A stretch of 64,000 bases of DNA, from contig CM000155.2 in NCBI GenBank assembly GCA_000004695.1, positions 3,360,001 to 3,424,000 of the forward strand, read 5' to 3'. Position 1 is the stretch's first letter; each line of letters starts with the position of its first letter. This document shows positions 12,458-27,682 of the stretch, piece after piece. The notes under the pieces were generated by a model. That model did not search any database and was not told the origin of the DNA. It saw nothing but the letters and a program-made list of their open reading frames with translations. The position numbers were made by a program, and so were the translations under genes. The stretch comes from Dictyostelium discoideum (Eukaryota).

Positions 12458-13005
12458 TATTTATTTAATATTTAATATATTTATATAGATGAGAGAAAAA
12501 AGGTATGGTTTAAGAACATTTTTATTTGCAATTTTAGCATTACAAGGATTAGTTGGTCATTTATTTAAAATTTATTTACAAGGTTATTTTGATAAAGATC
12601 CAAATCAATTTTATAATTTAATTGGTGCTTACACTTTATTTGGTTTAGCTTTATCAATTAGAAGATTTAAAGTTCCAGAATCATTTAAACCTGGTCATTT
12701 TGATGTTTGGGTAAATATTACATTTAATATAGTATATAATATAATATAATATAATATTATATAATAATTTAAATTTATTTGAAAAAATAATTATTTAATT
12801 TAATTTAATTTATTAATTTATTAATTTATTTATATGTTAAAAAAAAAAAAAAAAAAAATTTATCATTCTCAAACAGTTTTCAAGCCATCAAATATTTCAT
12901 GTTTTAGTAGTTTTTGGAACATTTCAATTAATTAAAGCGTACAGTTATATTTATTTAAATAAACTCGATAATGTAGGATATGTAAAACAATGTTTGGGTT
13001 TTTAA
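11531..13005 (+). CDS. PAQR / hemolysin-III (adiponectin-receptor-like) family 7-TM protein. The exons are join(11531..12388,12489..12710,12877..13005).
   Basis: The family motifs are ..NIWSHLLGALFYL.. (ETxNIWTHL-like) in exon 1 and PGHFDVW|FSSHQIFHVLVV spanning the exon 2/3 junction, matching AdipoR PGKFDIWFQSHQIFHVLVV. Introns are GTAAGT...TATATAG and GTAAAT...CAAACAG, and all exons are in phase 0. Total about 402 aa. Confidence 0.75.
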
Positions 13006-13142
13006 AAATAAATAAATAAATATATATTTATTATCACTACAAGTAGATGAAATACTATTTATAGGGATTGTTTTTATTTTTATTTTTTATTTTCACTATT
13101 TTAAATTACCTTTACGATGACAACAACAATAAATACACTATA

Positions 13143-13191
<49 letters not shown>

Positions 13192-14237
13192 CCCCACACC
13201 ACTATCTCTCCCCAAAAAAAAAAAATTAAATCAATTATAATAATAATAATAATAATTAAATGCATTATATATATATGGGGAATAATTAAATAAATTAATA
13301 TAATTAAAATTATAAATAATTATTAAAAAAATAAGAAATTTAATTTTAAATTTTAAAAGAAAAAATAATAGGCTGGGAAATAGAAATAATTAAAAATAAA
13401 AAATAAAAAATAAAAATAATAAAAATAAAAATAATAAAAATAATAAAAATAAAAATAAATTTATTGTAGTAACTTCTTTATGTGTTTTTTTTTTTTTTTT
13501 TTGTTCATATGACAGATTTAAATATCAGACCCCCCATGAAAAAATTCAAACATAACACCTTCTAAAACAGGTGAGAAAATATCTATCTGAAACGTGGCTT
13601 GATTGTTTTTGATAGTGGTTTATTTAACAAAATAAACCACTATTTAAATTTCTTTTAATTTCTGCAGATTTTATACACCCTATTTCAATTAAATAATTAT
13701 TTTTTTTTTTTTTTTTTTGGAAATCTAAGTTGTGTGAGTGGGTGTTATTGAAAAAAAAAAAAGAAAAAAAAAATGAAAGGTGGTTTTTTTTTGAGTGTGG
13801 TGCATTCAACATTTAGATTGATATGATGTTGAAATGATGTTGTTTGTTCAATCTAAATACCTTTAAAAAAAAATAATAATTAAAAAAAAAAAATTTAAAA
13901 AAAAAAAAAAAGTATTCATATGATTTTTGGTTGGTATTTTAGTGATAGTGTTGAAATTGATATTTTAAGAAAAAAAAAAAAAAAAAAAAATAATATAATA
14001 ATTTATAACAATATCACTGATATTATTTTTTGATATGAAAAATGGCGAATTTTCAATGTTAATAAAATTTCGTCATATATGTTGAAATTAATTTTTGGAA
14101 ATTTGCAACAACCCATCATATTTTTTTTTTTTTTTCAGAAAATTGATAAAAATAAATTAATAATCAAAAAAAAAAAAAAAAAAAAAAACATTCCCCAGCA
14201 CACAAAAAAAATCAATAAACACCCGGATTGGGAAGAT

Positions 14238-14288
<51 letters not shown>

Positions 14289-14784
14289 AAATAAAAAAAA
14301 GTAAAAAACAATAGTAAGTATTAACAAATTTAAAAAAAAAAAATTAAAATTTAAAATAAAAAAAAAATCTAAAATGGGCATATTTATATATATAATTGAT
14401 ATATCAGTACAACACCACACACTTATACACCACCCAAACACACCTACGCTCAAATTCATTTTTTTTAAATCCAATACTTACCTCTCTCACTTCAGATATC
14501 TATTTTAAAAAATGTGATAAGTCTTTAAAATTTTACATTTTTTTTTTTTTTTTTTTTAAAAAACAATCTGTAGTAGTTGGTTATTTAAAAATAAATTTAT
14601 AATAAATAATTAAAAATAATATAAATAAATAAATAAATTATTTTTTTTATTTTTTAATTTTTTTAATTTTTTAATTTTAAAAATAAAAAAATATAAAAAG
14701 AGAAAAAAAAAAAAAAAAAAATTAATAATTAATAATCTTATAATCTTATAATCTTAATAATAATAAAAATTAATTATAAAATAT

Positions 14785-14822
<38 letters not shown>

Positions 14823-14877
14823 TTATTTTTTAAAATTAAAAAATATATACCAAAAAAAAATAAAAATAAAAATAAAA

Positions 14878-14895
14878 ATGAATTGTATTAATAAC

Positions 14896-14935
<40 letters not shown>

Positions 14936-15705
14936 TTATGATACCAGATTTAAAAAATAATGATACTGGTAGTAGTGCTGATGATGGAAGAAGTGAAGGA
15001 GTTGCAGACTATCAAGTTTATGGATTTTATACATCTTGTTCATTTAAAGTTTATTTTATGTTTGAAGAATTAAATATACCTTATCAAACTTGTTTAGTAA
15101 ATATTAGATCTGGTGAACATTTTAAAGGTGAGTTTGCAGAAATGTCACCAAATAATAAAATTCCAATGTTAATTGATAATACATATAGTGTCGACAGTGG
15201 TGATGATGATGAACCTTTAAAAATCTTTGAATCTGGTGCAATTTTATTATACTTGGCAGAGAAATATCAAAAGTTTTTACCACCATTATCAAAACCAAAA
15301 GAGAGATGTCAAGTTCAACAATGGCTATCATGGCAAATCTCGGAAATGCAACCAGCTTTAACCTCTTATGTATATTATTTTATGATGGCACCAGAACCAG
15401 TTGCTTTTGGTATGGAAAAAGCTGACCAAGATTTACACAAAATTTTAAAGGTTTTAGATAAACGTTTAGATGATGGTAGAAAATATATTTGTAATGAATT
15501 TTCAATTGCTGATATAGCTTGCTTTGGTTTCGGTTCTTATTTCAATTTAAATGTTTTCAAAGGTTGGAATAAATATGAAAATGTTGTACGTTGGGTAAAT
15601 ACAATGTCTTCAAGACCTTCTATCTCTAAATTATTACCAATTGTTGAACAAACTTTAAGAGTTAGAAAATTAAAAAGATTAGATAATCAAGAATTAGTAC
15701 TTTAA
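14878..15705 (+). CDS. glutathione S-transferase, Nu-class / YfcG-like. Single exon, 275 aa.
   Basis: ESGAILLYLAEKY (GST N-domain motif), MSPNNKIPMLID and FSIADIACFGF align closely with E. coli YfcG/YghU-type GSTs (RISPNNKIPAIVD...LFESGAILLYLAEK...YSIADIACW), judged from memory. It has a poly-Asn N-terminus. Confidence 0.7.
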
Positions 15706-15776
15706 AAAAAAAAAAAAAAATATTTAAAAAAATATTTAAATAAATAAATAAAAATACCCTATTTTGTAAAATAAAA

Positions 15777-16388
15777 CTAATTTAATAATAATTTATAAGT
15801 TTCATTAAATTCTTTATTTGAAATTCTATAAATTTCATTATTCTTAATTAATGGTATGACTAAATAATCATTTTCCTTAAAAATCATTTTTTCACCCCAA
15901 CTTGCTATTAAATAAAATTCATATAATAAATTATTATTATTATTATTTCTAATTTCAATATTTTTATTATTTATTTTCAAAAAATTTAAAATTTCCTTAT
16001 TTACTTTAATTGCTTTTATTTTATTATTTTCATTATTTTTTGGTTTATATAATTTCCATTTATTATCACTATTATTATCATCTGAAATATTAAATAATTC
16101 ATATTTATCATTAAATTTATTAAATGGTATTATATATTGTTCATTTGCATTGGTTTGATTCTTTATTAGGAAATCATCACAATTTTTTATTTTATTTATT
16201 GTTTCTAATCCATCTGATGTAATTGTTTCTACAATTGATCCAATTTGATTAATTTCACATTTAATAGCTTCAATATTTTGAAATTTATAATAAACATTTT
16301 GATTTCCTTGAATATTAAAAAAATTTTCATTTAATAAATTTAATAGTTGATCATTTTGGAAAATTATAATTTCCTTTTGTATTTCCAT
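15777..16388 (-). CDS. hypothetical Asn/Lys-rich protein (203 aa)
   Basis: A true ATG at 16386-16388 and a clean ORF. I recognise no domain. Confidence 0.4.
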   Translation of the reverse strand: MEIQKEIIIFQNDQLLNLLNENFFNIQGNQNVYYKFQNIEAIKCEINQIGSIVETITSDGLETINKIKNCDDFLIKNQTNANEQYIIPFNKFNDKYELFNISDDNNSDNKWKLYKPKNNENNKIKAIKVNKEILNFLKINNKNIEIRNNNNNNLLYEFYLIASWGEKMIFKENDYLVIPLIKNNEIYRISNKEFNETYKLLLN

Positions 16389-16697
16389 TTTAAATTTCTT
16401 GAATTAAACAATTGTGTGTGCGTGTTAAAATAAAAATTTTCAAATAAAAAAAAAAAAAAAAAAATAGAAAAACAAATATCTTTTTTTTATTTTTTTTTTA
16501 TTTTTTTTTTTTTTTCAAACAAAAAAACTCAATTTTAATTTTTTAATTTTTTAATTTTTTAATTTTTATATTTTTTTTAACACACACTTTTTTATACATA
16601 TAATATAGTTTTTAGTTTTTATAATTTGTTTTTTTTTTTTTATAATAATTAAATAGAGTAAAAAAAAAAAGTATATATATATTTAAATTTTATTTAA

Positions 16698-18105
16698 ATG
16701 GGTAGTCCAACTATTAGTGATCAAGAAAAATCCCAAGTTGCCTTTATAGCAGGTAGTAGTTCTGATATTCATTCAACTACTGTTGCAAGATTGTATGAAG
16801 GTAGACAAGGAAGATGGGAATTTATGGCCGTCGGTATTGTTTCTGTTGTTTCAAATCGTGTAGATAAAACAAATTATATCAAAGTTTTCGATTTAAAGGT
16901 AAGTTATTATTATTATTATCATTATTATTATTTACAATATTAAAACTTTTTTTTTTTAAAAAATTAACATATTAATTTTTTTTTTTTTTTTATTATATTA
17001 TTTTTTTAAAAAAAAAAAAGGCCAACTACAGAATCATTTTTGAACAAGAAATTTATGACACTTTTGAATTTCAAAAACAAAGAGATTTCTTTTTTGCATT
17101 TGAAGGTGATTCCTGTGTTTATGGCTTATCATTTGCTGATGTAACTGAAGCAGCTGAATTCTATGGCCAACTTTTAAATTGTAAACAAGGAAATATTGGT
17201 AAAACTGCTGCAATTAATCCAAATACTTCTTCAACCAGTATGTTTTTAATTATTTTTTAATTTACAATAACAATAATAATAATAAAAATAACCTTATTAA
17301 TAATTTTTTTTTTTTTTAAATAGAAATTACTGCATCAACACCAGCACCAAAAGTTGAAAAGAAAAAAGAAAAGAAAGGTTTTATGTCTAAATTCTTTTCA
17401 TCGGAAGAGAAAGATTTGGAAATTTCAGCTCCAACCAACTTTAAACATGAAAGTCATATTGGTTGGGATCCAGAGAATGGTTTTGATATTAAGAATATCC
17501 CACCAGATTGGAGAAAACTTTTCCAATCTGCTGGTATTAAGAAGAGTGAATTAAAGAATGCAGAAACTGCTCAATTCATTGTCAATATCATTGGTGAACA
17601 AATGGTTGGTGGTTCAGCTCCACCACCAACTCAACCAGGTAGATCAGCTCCACCAGCTCCACCATCTTCAAACCAACCAGGTAGATCAGCTCCACCACCA
17701 CCACCATCTGTTGGTAAAAGTGCTCCACCACCACCACCACCATCCCATAAGACACCTGCAGCTCCACCATCAGGCGGAGGTGCTCCACCACCACCACCAC
17801 CTCCACCACCACCTTCTAGTGGTCCACCACCTCCACCACCACCAATGGCCAGTGCTCCTCCATCATCAGGAGGTGGTGGTGCCAGCGGCGGTGGAAGAAA
17901 TGATCTTTTGGCTTCCATTCGTAGTGGTGCAAGTCTTAAGGCTGTTGATAAAACCAATCCACTCCCAGATATTCAAAGTCTTGGTAATGAAGGTTCACGT
18001 TCTTTAGCTGATACTTTAGCTGCAGCTATGGCTAATCGTAGAGGTGGTATGAGAGAAGATGATGAAGAAGATGATGATGACGATGATGAATGGTCAGATT
18101 ATTAA
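16698..18105 (+). CDS. wasA: WASP (WH1-basic-CRIB/GBD-polyPro-WH2-central-acidic). The exons are join(16698..16898,17021..17237,17324..18105) = 399 aa.
   Basis: Exon 1 is WH1/EVH1-like. The introns are GTAAGT...AAG (phase 0) and GTATGT...AATAG (phase 1). Exon 3 has the CRIB motif ISAPTNFKHESHIGWDPENGF, PPPPP tracts, WH2 (GGRNDLLASIRSGASLKAVDK) and an acidic tail DDEEDDDDDDEWSDY with the Arp2/3-binding Trp. The reconstructed length equals the 399 aa I recall for Dictyostelium WasA. Confidence 0.8.
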
Positions 18106-18444
18106 ATTATTCTTTAACAAAATTCAAATTCAAAAAAATCATTAAATAAAGATTTCTTTATTTCTTTCACCAAAAAAAAAAAAAAATTTTATTTCTTTTA
18201 TTTTAAAAAAAAAAAAATTATTAATAAATCATATTTTTGATCAAAACTTTTTTTCTGATTTTTTTATTATTTTTTTTTTTTTAATTTTAATTATTTTTTT
18301 TTTTAATTTTTTTTTTTTTTTTTTTTTTTTTAATTTTTAATTTTTTTTTTTTTTTTCAATTTAATTTGTTGAAAATCAATTATTTTGTTGTATTTATAGA
18401 TAGTGAATTGTAGGGTTAAAGAAGGAAATAAAAAAAAAAAAAAA

Positions 18445-18606
18445 ATGGATGTAAATAATTTAAAACAAATTTTAGAAGAGACGTCAGCTCTCTCTGATCA
18501 TAAAACAAAAACAGAGAAATATAAATCAATTCTTCAACAACTTGTTGAATCAAAACAAGTAGCACCATTAAAAGTTTTTATTACACATTGTATGTATTAT
18601 TTATTA

Positions 18607-18648
<42 letters not shown>

Positions 18649-19169
18649 TCATTATTTACTTTATTAAATTTTAATTAAATTTAATTATTTTTTTTTAAAA
18701 AATAATAGTGACAGATGAATCAACACCATTAGTAATTTCACGTACAATTTTATTATCATTTACATCAAGTCATAAAACATTACCAGAGGATATTCAAATG
18801 GAGTTAGGTATTTTCGTATTGGATCGTATTCAAAATAGAGTTGTAGCATTTGAAGAACAAGTATCAGAGATTCGTTATAATCTTGCTAAATTATATGAAC
18901 GTCAAGAGAATTGGAGAGAATCTGCTCGTTGTCTTATTGCTATTCCATTGGATAGTAGTCAACGTGTTATCTCACCAGAATATAAAGTTAAAATCTATGT
19001 AAAGATTGCACGTCTCTTCCTTGAGGAAGAAGAATCTGGTCAAGCTGAAACTTATATCAATAGAGCAAGTGATTCATTACATTTAGTTAAAAATCAAAAA
19101 TTAATTTTAGCACATAAAGTAAGTAGATATACAAATAATTTATAATATATTCATATATAACATATTAAT

Positions 19170-19200
<31 letters not shown>

Positions 19201-19841
19201 GTTTAAAAAAAAAGACATGCTTTGCAAGAATTATGGATTATAAAAGAATGTTTTTAAAAGCAAGTTTAAGATATTATGATTTATCACAATGTTTACCAAA
19301 GGATACAGAGAGAATGCATGCATTATCATGTGCAATTGTTTGTGCAATTTTGGATAAAGCAGGACCACAAAGATCACGTACATTGGCAACATTGTATAAG
19401 GATGAGAGAAGTCAACAACTTGGTGTTTATACATTTTTAGAAAAGATGTTTTTAGAAAGAATCTTAAAGAAAACTGAAGTTAAAAAGTTTGCAGAACAAT
19501 TGAAACCACATCAAATGGCATTACTCTCTGATGGTAATACCGTATTGGATAGAGCTGTAATCGAACATAATCTCTTATCTGCAAGTAAACTCTACAATAA
19601 TATCACTTTTGATGAATTGGGTTCTCTTTTGGAAATTCAAGCTGAAAAAGCTGAAAAAGTCGCCTCAAAAATGGTCTGTGAAGAACGTCTCATTGGTTCA
19701 ATCGATCAAATCGAACGTCTCATTCAATTTGAAAATGTTGGTGATTCTCTCACTCAATGGGATAAAAAAATTGAAGGTCTTTGTATTCATATGAATAATA
19801 TTATTGAATCAATTTCAAAATATCCAGAATTTATTGTATAA
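18445..19841 (+). CDS. csn4: COP9 signalosome subunit 4 (PCI domain). The exons are join(18445..18589,18709..19118,19215..19841) = 393 aa.
   Basis: Strong colinear similarity to human COPS4 ([10 protein letters not shown] / SLVISRQLL; [25 protein letters not shown] / [25 protein letters not shown]; [29 protein letters not shown] is identical in part; [17 protein letters not shown]). Introns are GTATGT...AATAATAG (phase 1) and GTAAGT...AAAG (phase 0). Confidence 0.85.
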
Positions 19842-20607
19842 AATAATAATAATAATAAATAAATAAATAAATAATAAATAATTAATAACGAATGAAATAA
19901 AAAAAATAAAAACTAAAATCCTTTCCTTTTTTTTTTTTTTTTTTTTTTTTTTGTTCAAACAGGTATGAATTTTTTTTTTTGTTTAATAAATAATTTTTAA
20001 TTAAAATTCTTAAAAAAATGGAACATGTCTAAAATTTTATCTAAACAATTTAAAATTTTATTTTTTTATTTTTTTTATTTAAATAATAAAAATAAAAACA
20101 AATAAAAAAGATAAATGGAATTATTTAATTGGAAAATTGTAATCATTTTTTAAATAATATTGCATAGTTTTTTTTTTTTTAATTTATTTTTATTTAAAAA
20201 TTAATTAAAATGGAAATCGGGAAATATTTATTGGATTGATAATATTGGAAATAGAATAAATTTAATATTGAACTAGATAAGGAAATAAAAGTTAGGGATT
20301 GGCTTTGGCTTAATAATAAAGATGAAAGAAGTTAAAGGAACTATTTATAGAAAGAAAATTGNTAAAAAAAAAAAAAAAAAAAAAAACCAACGCTTGGGCC
20401 TTTAAAGAAAATTGGAAAAAAAAAAAAAAAAAAAAAAATTTCATCAAAATTTGTAAACGACATTTATTTTTTTTTAATTTTTTTTTTTTTATTTTTTATT
20501 TTTTATTTTTTATTTTTTATTTTTTTTTTTTTTTTTTTTTTTTTTTTAGCGATANCTCCTTTTTTTTTAATAATTTTCAACAACAATAAATTTATGTAGT
20601 TTCATAA

Positions 20608-23976
<3,369 letters not shown>

Positions 23977-24036
23977 AATATAAATAAATAAATAAAAAAA
24001 CAAAATAGTATTATTATATAATAGGTAAAAAGAGTA

Positions 24037-24136
24037 NNNNNNNNNNNNNNNNNNNNNNNNNNNNNNNNNNNNNNNNNNNNNNNNNNNNNNNNNNNNNNNN
24101 NNNNNNNNNNNNNNNNNNNNNNNNNNNNNNNNNNNN
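24037..24136. other. assembly gap (100 N)
   Basis: A literal run of n, at the left edge of the retroelement cluster. Confidence 1.
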
Positions 24137-25497
24137 TTCACTTAATGTTGATGGTGTTATTGTTTTTTTCTAAGAAAGAGAGTGGTCTTGTGATTGATGG
24201 AGGTGCATGATATCTAATTGATTATCAAGTCCTTTGTTTAGTGAGAGTTGGTTTGTTGGGGTTTGTTTTTTAGGTGTGTCGATTTTTGCACTTTTATTTT
24301 TTGTTGTTGAGGTTGTGGAGGTATTATTTGTATTGGTCGTGTTGTTATCTGTATGATTTAACTGTAATTCAGTTGAGTGATCATCAGCCATTGTTGAAAA
24401 GTATATAGGACGATAGCCCTTGCTTTAATGAGCAAAAAAAGGGTAAAATTAAGAGGAATGAATGTGGCGGTGAAGATATAACAGTGATTTATTTATTATA
24501 TGTATAAATTCTCCACATAAACATTTATGGCCCTAGATGATACAGCTCAAAAGGTAATAGAAGCATCACTAGAAAACGTAGATGAACTAACAAGAATAGA
24601 GAATGAGATCAATACCCAATCGATAAAAAATCAAGAAATTAAAACAAAATCAGAAAAACCTATTGAACCACCATCTCCATACAATACACCAATAAAACAA
24701 CACGGCGAAACAAAGAGACTAACAACGGAAGAAAAACTTAGAGAGGTAAATGATATCTTCGACTTCACCAGCCCAAACACTGATGCAATAAGAAAAATAG
24801 AATTCCCACTTTCAATCCCTTCAAATCAATGGTTCTTCTCCTCTCCAATAAAACATATCATGAGTTTCAGCCCAACCTATGGTACACCATCGAAAATTAT
24901 CGATTCACCAAGTAAATTGTTAAACACACCAAAAAACAAACAACAAGACAAAACAAACAGGACCAACAAAACACCAGTCAAACCAAAATTGGGTGAATAT
25001 GGACAAAAAAGCATAAAAACAAAAATGGATGAAGATATAGACAACTTCAACAAGGAAATTCTAAAACAAATCAATAAATCAAAAAACCCCACAAACACAC
25101 AAGACCAACAACACAACGAACAAAGTAAAGATCAGTTAGAAGACAAAATAAACCAGAAACTTCAAAAGGTAGATAAAAATCTACCCCAAATAAAACTATA
25201 AAGAAAAACACAATAAGAATAGGTGTTTGGAACGTCCAAGGATCCAACACCATCCAATCTGCCAGCATAATAAACACCGTTTTAGACAACAACAAGCTGG
25301 ACGCAGCACTTCTAACTGAAACAAATATAAAAACAAATAAAATTTACTCAATAAATCAACAATATAAAAACAAAATAACACACCACGCACCAATTGATAA
25401 AACAGGACAAGGGGTGTCACAAATCATCATCAACACCCGCAATAGAACTTCCTAAACATCTCAAAAAATACAATAATTCACTCAGTACTTTCTATAA

Positions 25498-25555
<58 letters not shown>
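24137..25555 (+). mobile_element. truncated non-LTR (LINE-like) retrotransposon of the tRNA-gene-targeted TRE5 type. It has a 5' UTR, ORF1 (24527..25201, 224 aa), an N-terminal fragment of ORF2 with an apurinic-endonuclease start (25208..25453), then an approx. 55-nt poly(A).
   Basis: GC content rises sharply versus the flanks. ORF2 begins IRIGVWNVQGSNTIQSASIINTVLDNNKLDAALLTETNIK, an APE-type endonuclease N-terminus. It terminates in A55 (25501-25555) and lies about 2 kb upstream of a tRNA gene. Confidence 0.7.
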
Positions 25556-25557
<2 letters not shown>

Positions 25558-26273
25558 CCAAGTTAATCAGAAAAATAAAAAAGATAGAAAGAAAATAAAA
25601 TGAAAATCACAAACAACACCACAAATATTAAGCAACACAAATGCCTACAAAAAATAAGCGAAATTGTGGATAAAACTCAATTAAAAAAAAAACAATTCAA
25701 ATACGTCATAAACATCAATCACGAACCAGACGATAAAATAAAAAAAGATTTAGAAAAAAGTTGGGACAAAAAAGATGTTTTAATCAAAAAGACCCTGTAA
25801 AAAAAAAAAAAAAATAAAATGAGATCTAGCATCTCAAGGAGAAGCAAATAATAATTGCGTTATCCAATTCAAAAAAAAAAAAAAAAAAAAACAATTCAAA
25901 AAAAAAGAAAAAACAAACAACAACAACAATCTCTTTTTTTGATTATTTCATTTTTCATATAAAAAAGACTTAAAAAACAAATAAATAAATAAATAAACTA
26001 TTTTAAAAAGCCATCTTTTTACTTTATTGTAATTTATTATTTGTTTCGTTTTGAGAATTTTGCGTAGCAAAATTTTCAAAAAAAAAGCAAAAAATAATCA
26101 GATCGAAAAAAACAAACAACAACAACAATCTCTTTTTTTGATTATTTCATTTTTCATATAAAAAAGACTTAAAAAACAAATAAATAAAAAAAGCAAAAAA
26201 TAATCAGATCGAAAAAAACAAACAACAACAACAATCTCTTTTTTTGATTATTTCATTTTTCATATAAAAAAGA

Positions 26274-26310
<37 letters not shown>

Positions 26311-26900
26311 GGAACCCAAGTTAATCAGAAAATTTCCAGATTTTTAACTTTTTAAAGTAAAATAAAAAAAATAGAAAGAAAAAAAGATGAAAATTACAAA
26401 CAACACCACAAATATTAAGCAACACAAATGCCTACAAAAAATAAGTGAAATTGTGGATAAAACTCAAACAAAAAAAAAAAAAAAAAAGTAAACTAACCCC
26501 TCTTTTAAAGACCCTGTAAAAAAAAAAAAAAAAAACCTAAAAATAAAATGAGATCTAGCATCTCAAGGAGAAGCAACTAATAATTGCGTTATCCAATTCA
26601 AAAAAAAAAAAGGTTTATTAAAAAAAGTCCACCCAAATATATATAACATCACATAACGCACTTTACCCTCGACATAAAAAAAAAAAAAAAAAAAAAAATA
26701 TATATAAAACTAATAACCCGGAAAAAAAAAAAAAAAGGGGACCATTGTAAAATTAAAACCTACTATATTAAAATGAGATTAATCTCATGAAGAAGCAACT
26801 CACAATTGCGTTATTCCATTCAAAAAAAATGGTTTATTGAAAAAATAATTGCGTTATCCAATTCAAAAAAAAAAAAAAAGAAGAAACTACAAATAAGAGA
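25556..26900 (+). mobile_element. mosaic of duplicated retroelement modules: two copies of a ~320-bp segment and tandem ~90-bp 3'-module repeats, each ending in oligo(A)
   Basis: The segment CCAAGTTAATCAGAAAA...ATGAAAATCACAAACAACACCACAAATATTAAGCAACACAAATGCCTACAAAAAATAAG at 25556-25800 recurs at 26325-26470. GACCCTGTAAAAA...ATGAGATCTAGCATCTCAAGGAGAAGCAA.TAATAATTGCGTTATCCAATTC occurs at 25790-25880 and 26510-26610, and a degenerate copy lies at 26760-26870. The unit AGCAAAAAATAATCAGATCGAAAAAAACAAACAACAACAACAATCTCTTTTTTTGATTATTTCATTTTTCATATAAAAAAGACTTAAAAA is found at 25905-25975 (partial), 26087-26175 and 26198-26285, followed by A25. Confidence 0.6.
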
Positions 26901-27426
26901 TTAATAGTTTATTTGTATATTTAAGATAGTAAAGAAAACACAATTCTTTTTATTTAATATTTTTAGAGTATTTATATTAATATTTTGAGTACCAGGATGA
27001 GCCTTCTATAGTCAGTTAGTATTTAATATTATTTATTGTTATTGGCAAACCTTCTAAAGTCGGTTATTACTAGTAACTGAATTATATTATGATTCTTATG
27101 ATTTCCATATTAATATATGTCAATACATAAATCCATATTAGTTTTAATATGGTGAATCATTACATTATTTATATTTAAATTTATTTATATTTTTATTTAA
27201 TAGCTTAATAATAATCTGAATCAAAATTAAATTATTTTTTTATATTTATAATAAATTAAATGAGTGACATTTATATAATTTGACAAATTTAAGATATTTA
27301 TTTTATTTTTAAATAATATAAATAGTATAATTTTATAAAAAATAAGGTAATTTTATTAGTATAAAAAGAAAAATAATTTTATATTCAGTGGGTTACATAC
27401 ATAAAATATAATTACAAAAGACCACT

Positions 27427-27540
27427 TTCGTTATATTTTTTTTTTTTTTTTTTTTTAAGTCTTTTTTATATGAAAAATGAAATAATCAAAAAAAGAGATT
27501 GTTGTTGTTGTTAGTTATTTTTCGATCTGATTATTTTCAA
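27427..27540 (-). mobile_element. 5'-truncated copy of the same retroelement 3' module, inverted, with an A20 tail. It ends 45 bp upstream of tRNA-Phe.
   Basis: 27447-27540 is the reverse complement of the 90-bp unit above (TAAGTCTTTTTTATATGAAAAATGAAATAATCAAAAAAAGAGATTGTTGTTGTTG...). T20 at 27427-27446 is the oligo(A) on the minus strand. 27541-27584 is the spacer to the tRNA, consistent with the ~48-bp upstream integration rule of TRE5 elements. Confidence 0.6.
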
Positions 27541-27584
27541 AACTTAAATATCCTTACTGCTTATAAAAACAAAATTTTCATCAA

Positions 27585-27658
27585 GCCTTAGTAGCTCAGT
27601 TGGTACGAGCGTGAGACTGAAGATCTTAAGGTCGCTGGTTCGATCCCGGCCTGAGGCA
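27585..27658 (+). tRNA. tRNA-Phe (anticodon GAA)
   Basis: GCCTTAGTAGCTCAGTTGGTACGAGCGTGAGACTGAAGATCTTAAGGTCGCTGGTTCGATCCCGGCCTGAGGCA. The 7-bp acceptor stem GCCTTAG/CTGAGGC pairs, the anticodon loop is CTGAAGA, the T-arm is GCTGG-TTCGATC-CCGGC, and the discriminator is A. Internal A box TAGCTCAGTTGG and B box GGTTCGATCC are present. Confidence 0.9.
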
Positions 27659-27682
27659 AAGATTTTAAAATAAAAATATTTG

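Noticed and set aside
17558-18007. Alternative-frame and antisense ORFs inside wasA exon 3 (His/Leu-rich 149 aa; Gly-rich 108 aa)
   Set aside because: They are produced by the CCA/CCT proline-codon repeats of the WASP poly-Pro region read in other frames.
24170-24391. Minus-strand 73-aa ORF in the retroelement 5' region
   Set aside because: It lies antisense in the presumed 5' UTR/promoter module of the TRE5-like element, and I see no domain. It is more likely chance, given the locally higher GC. It could be checked against the TRE consensus.
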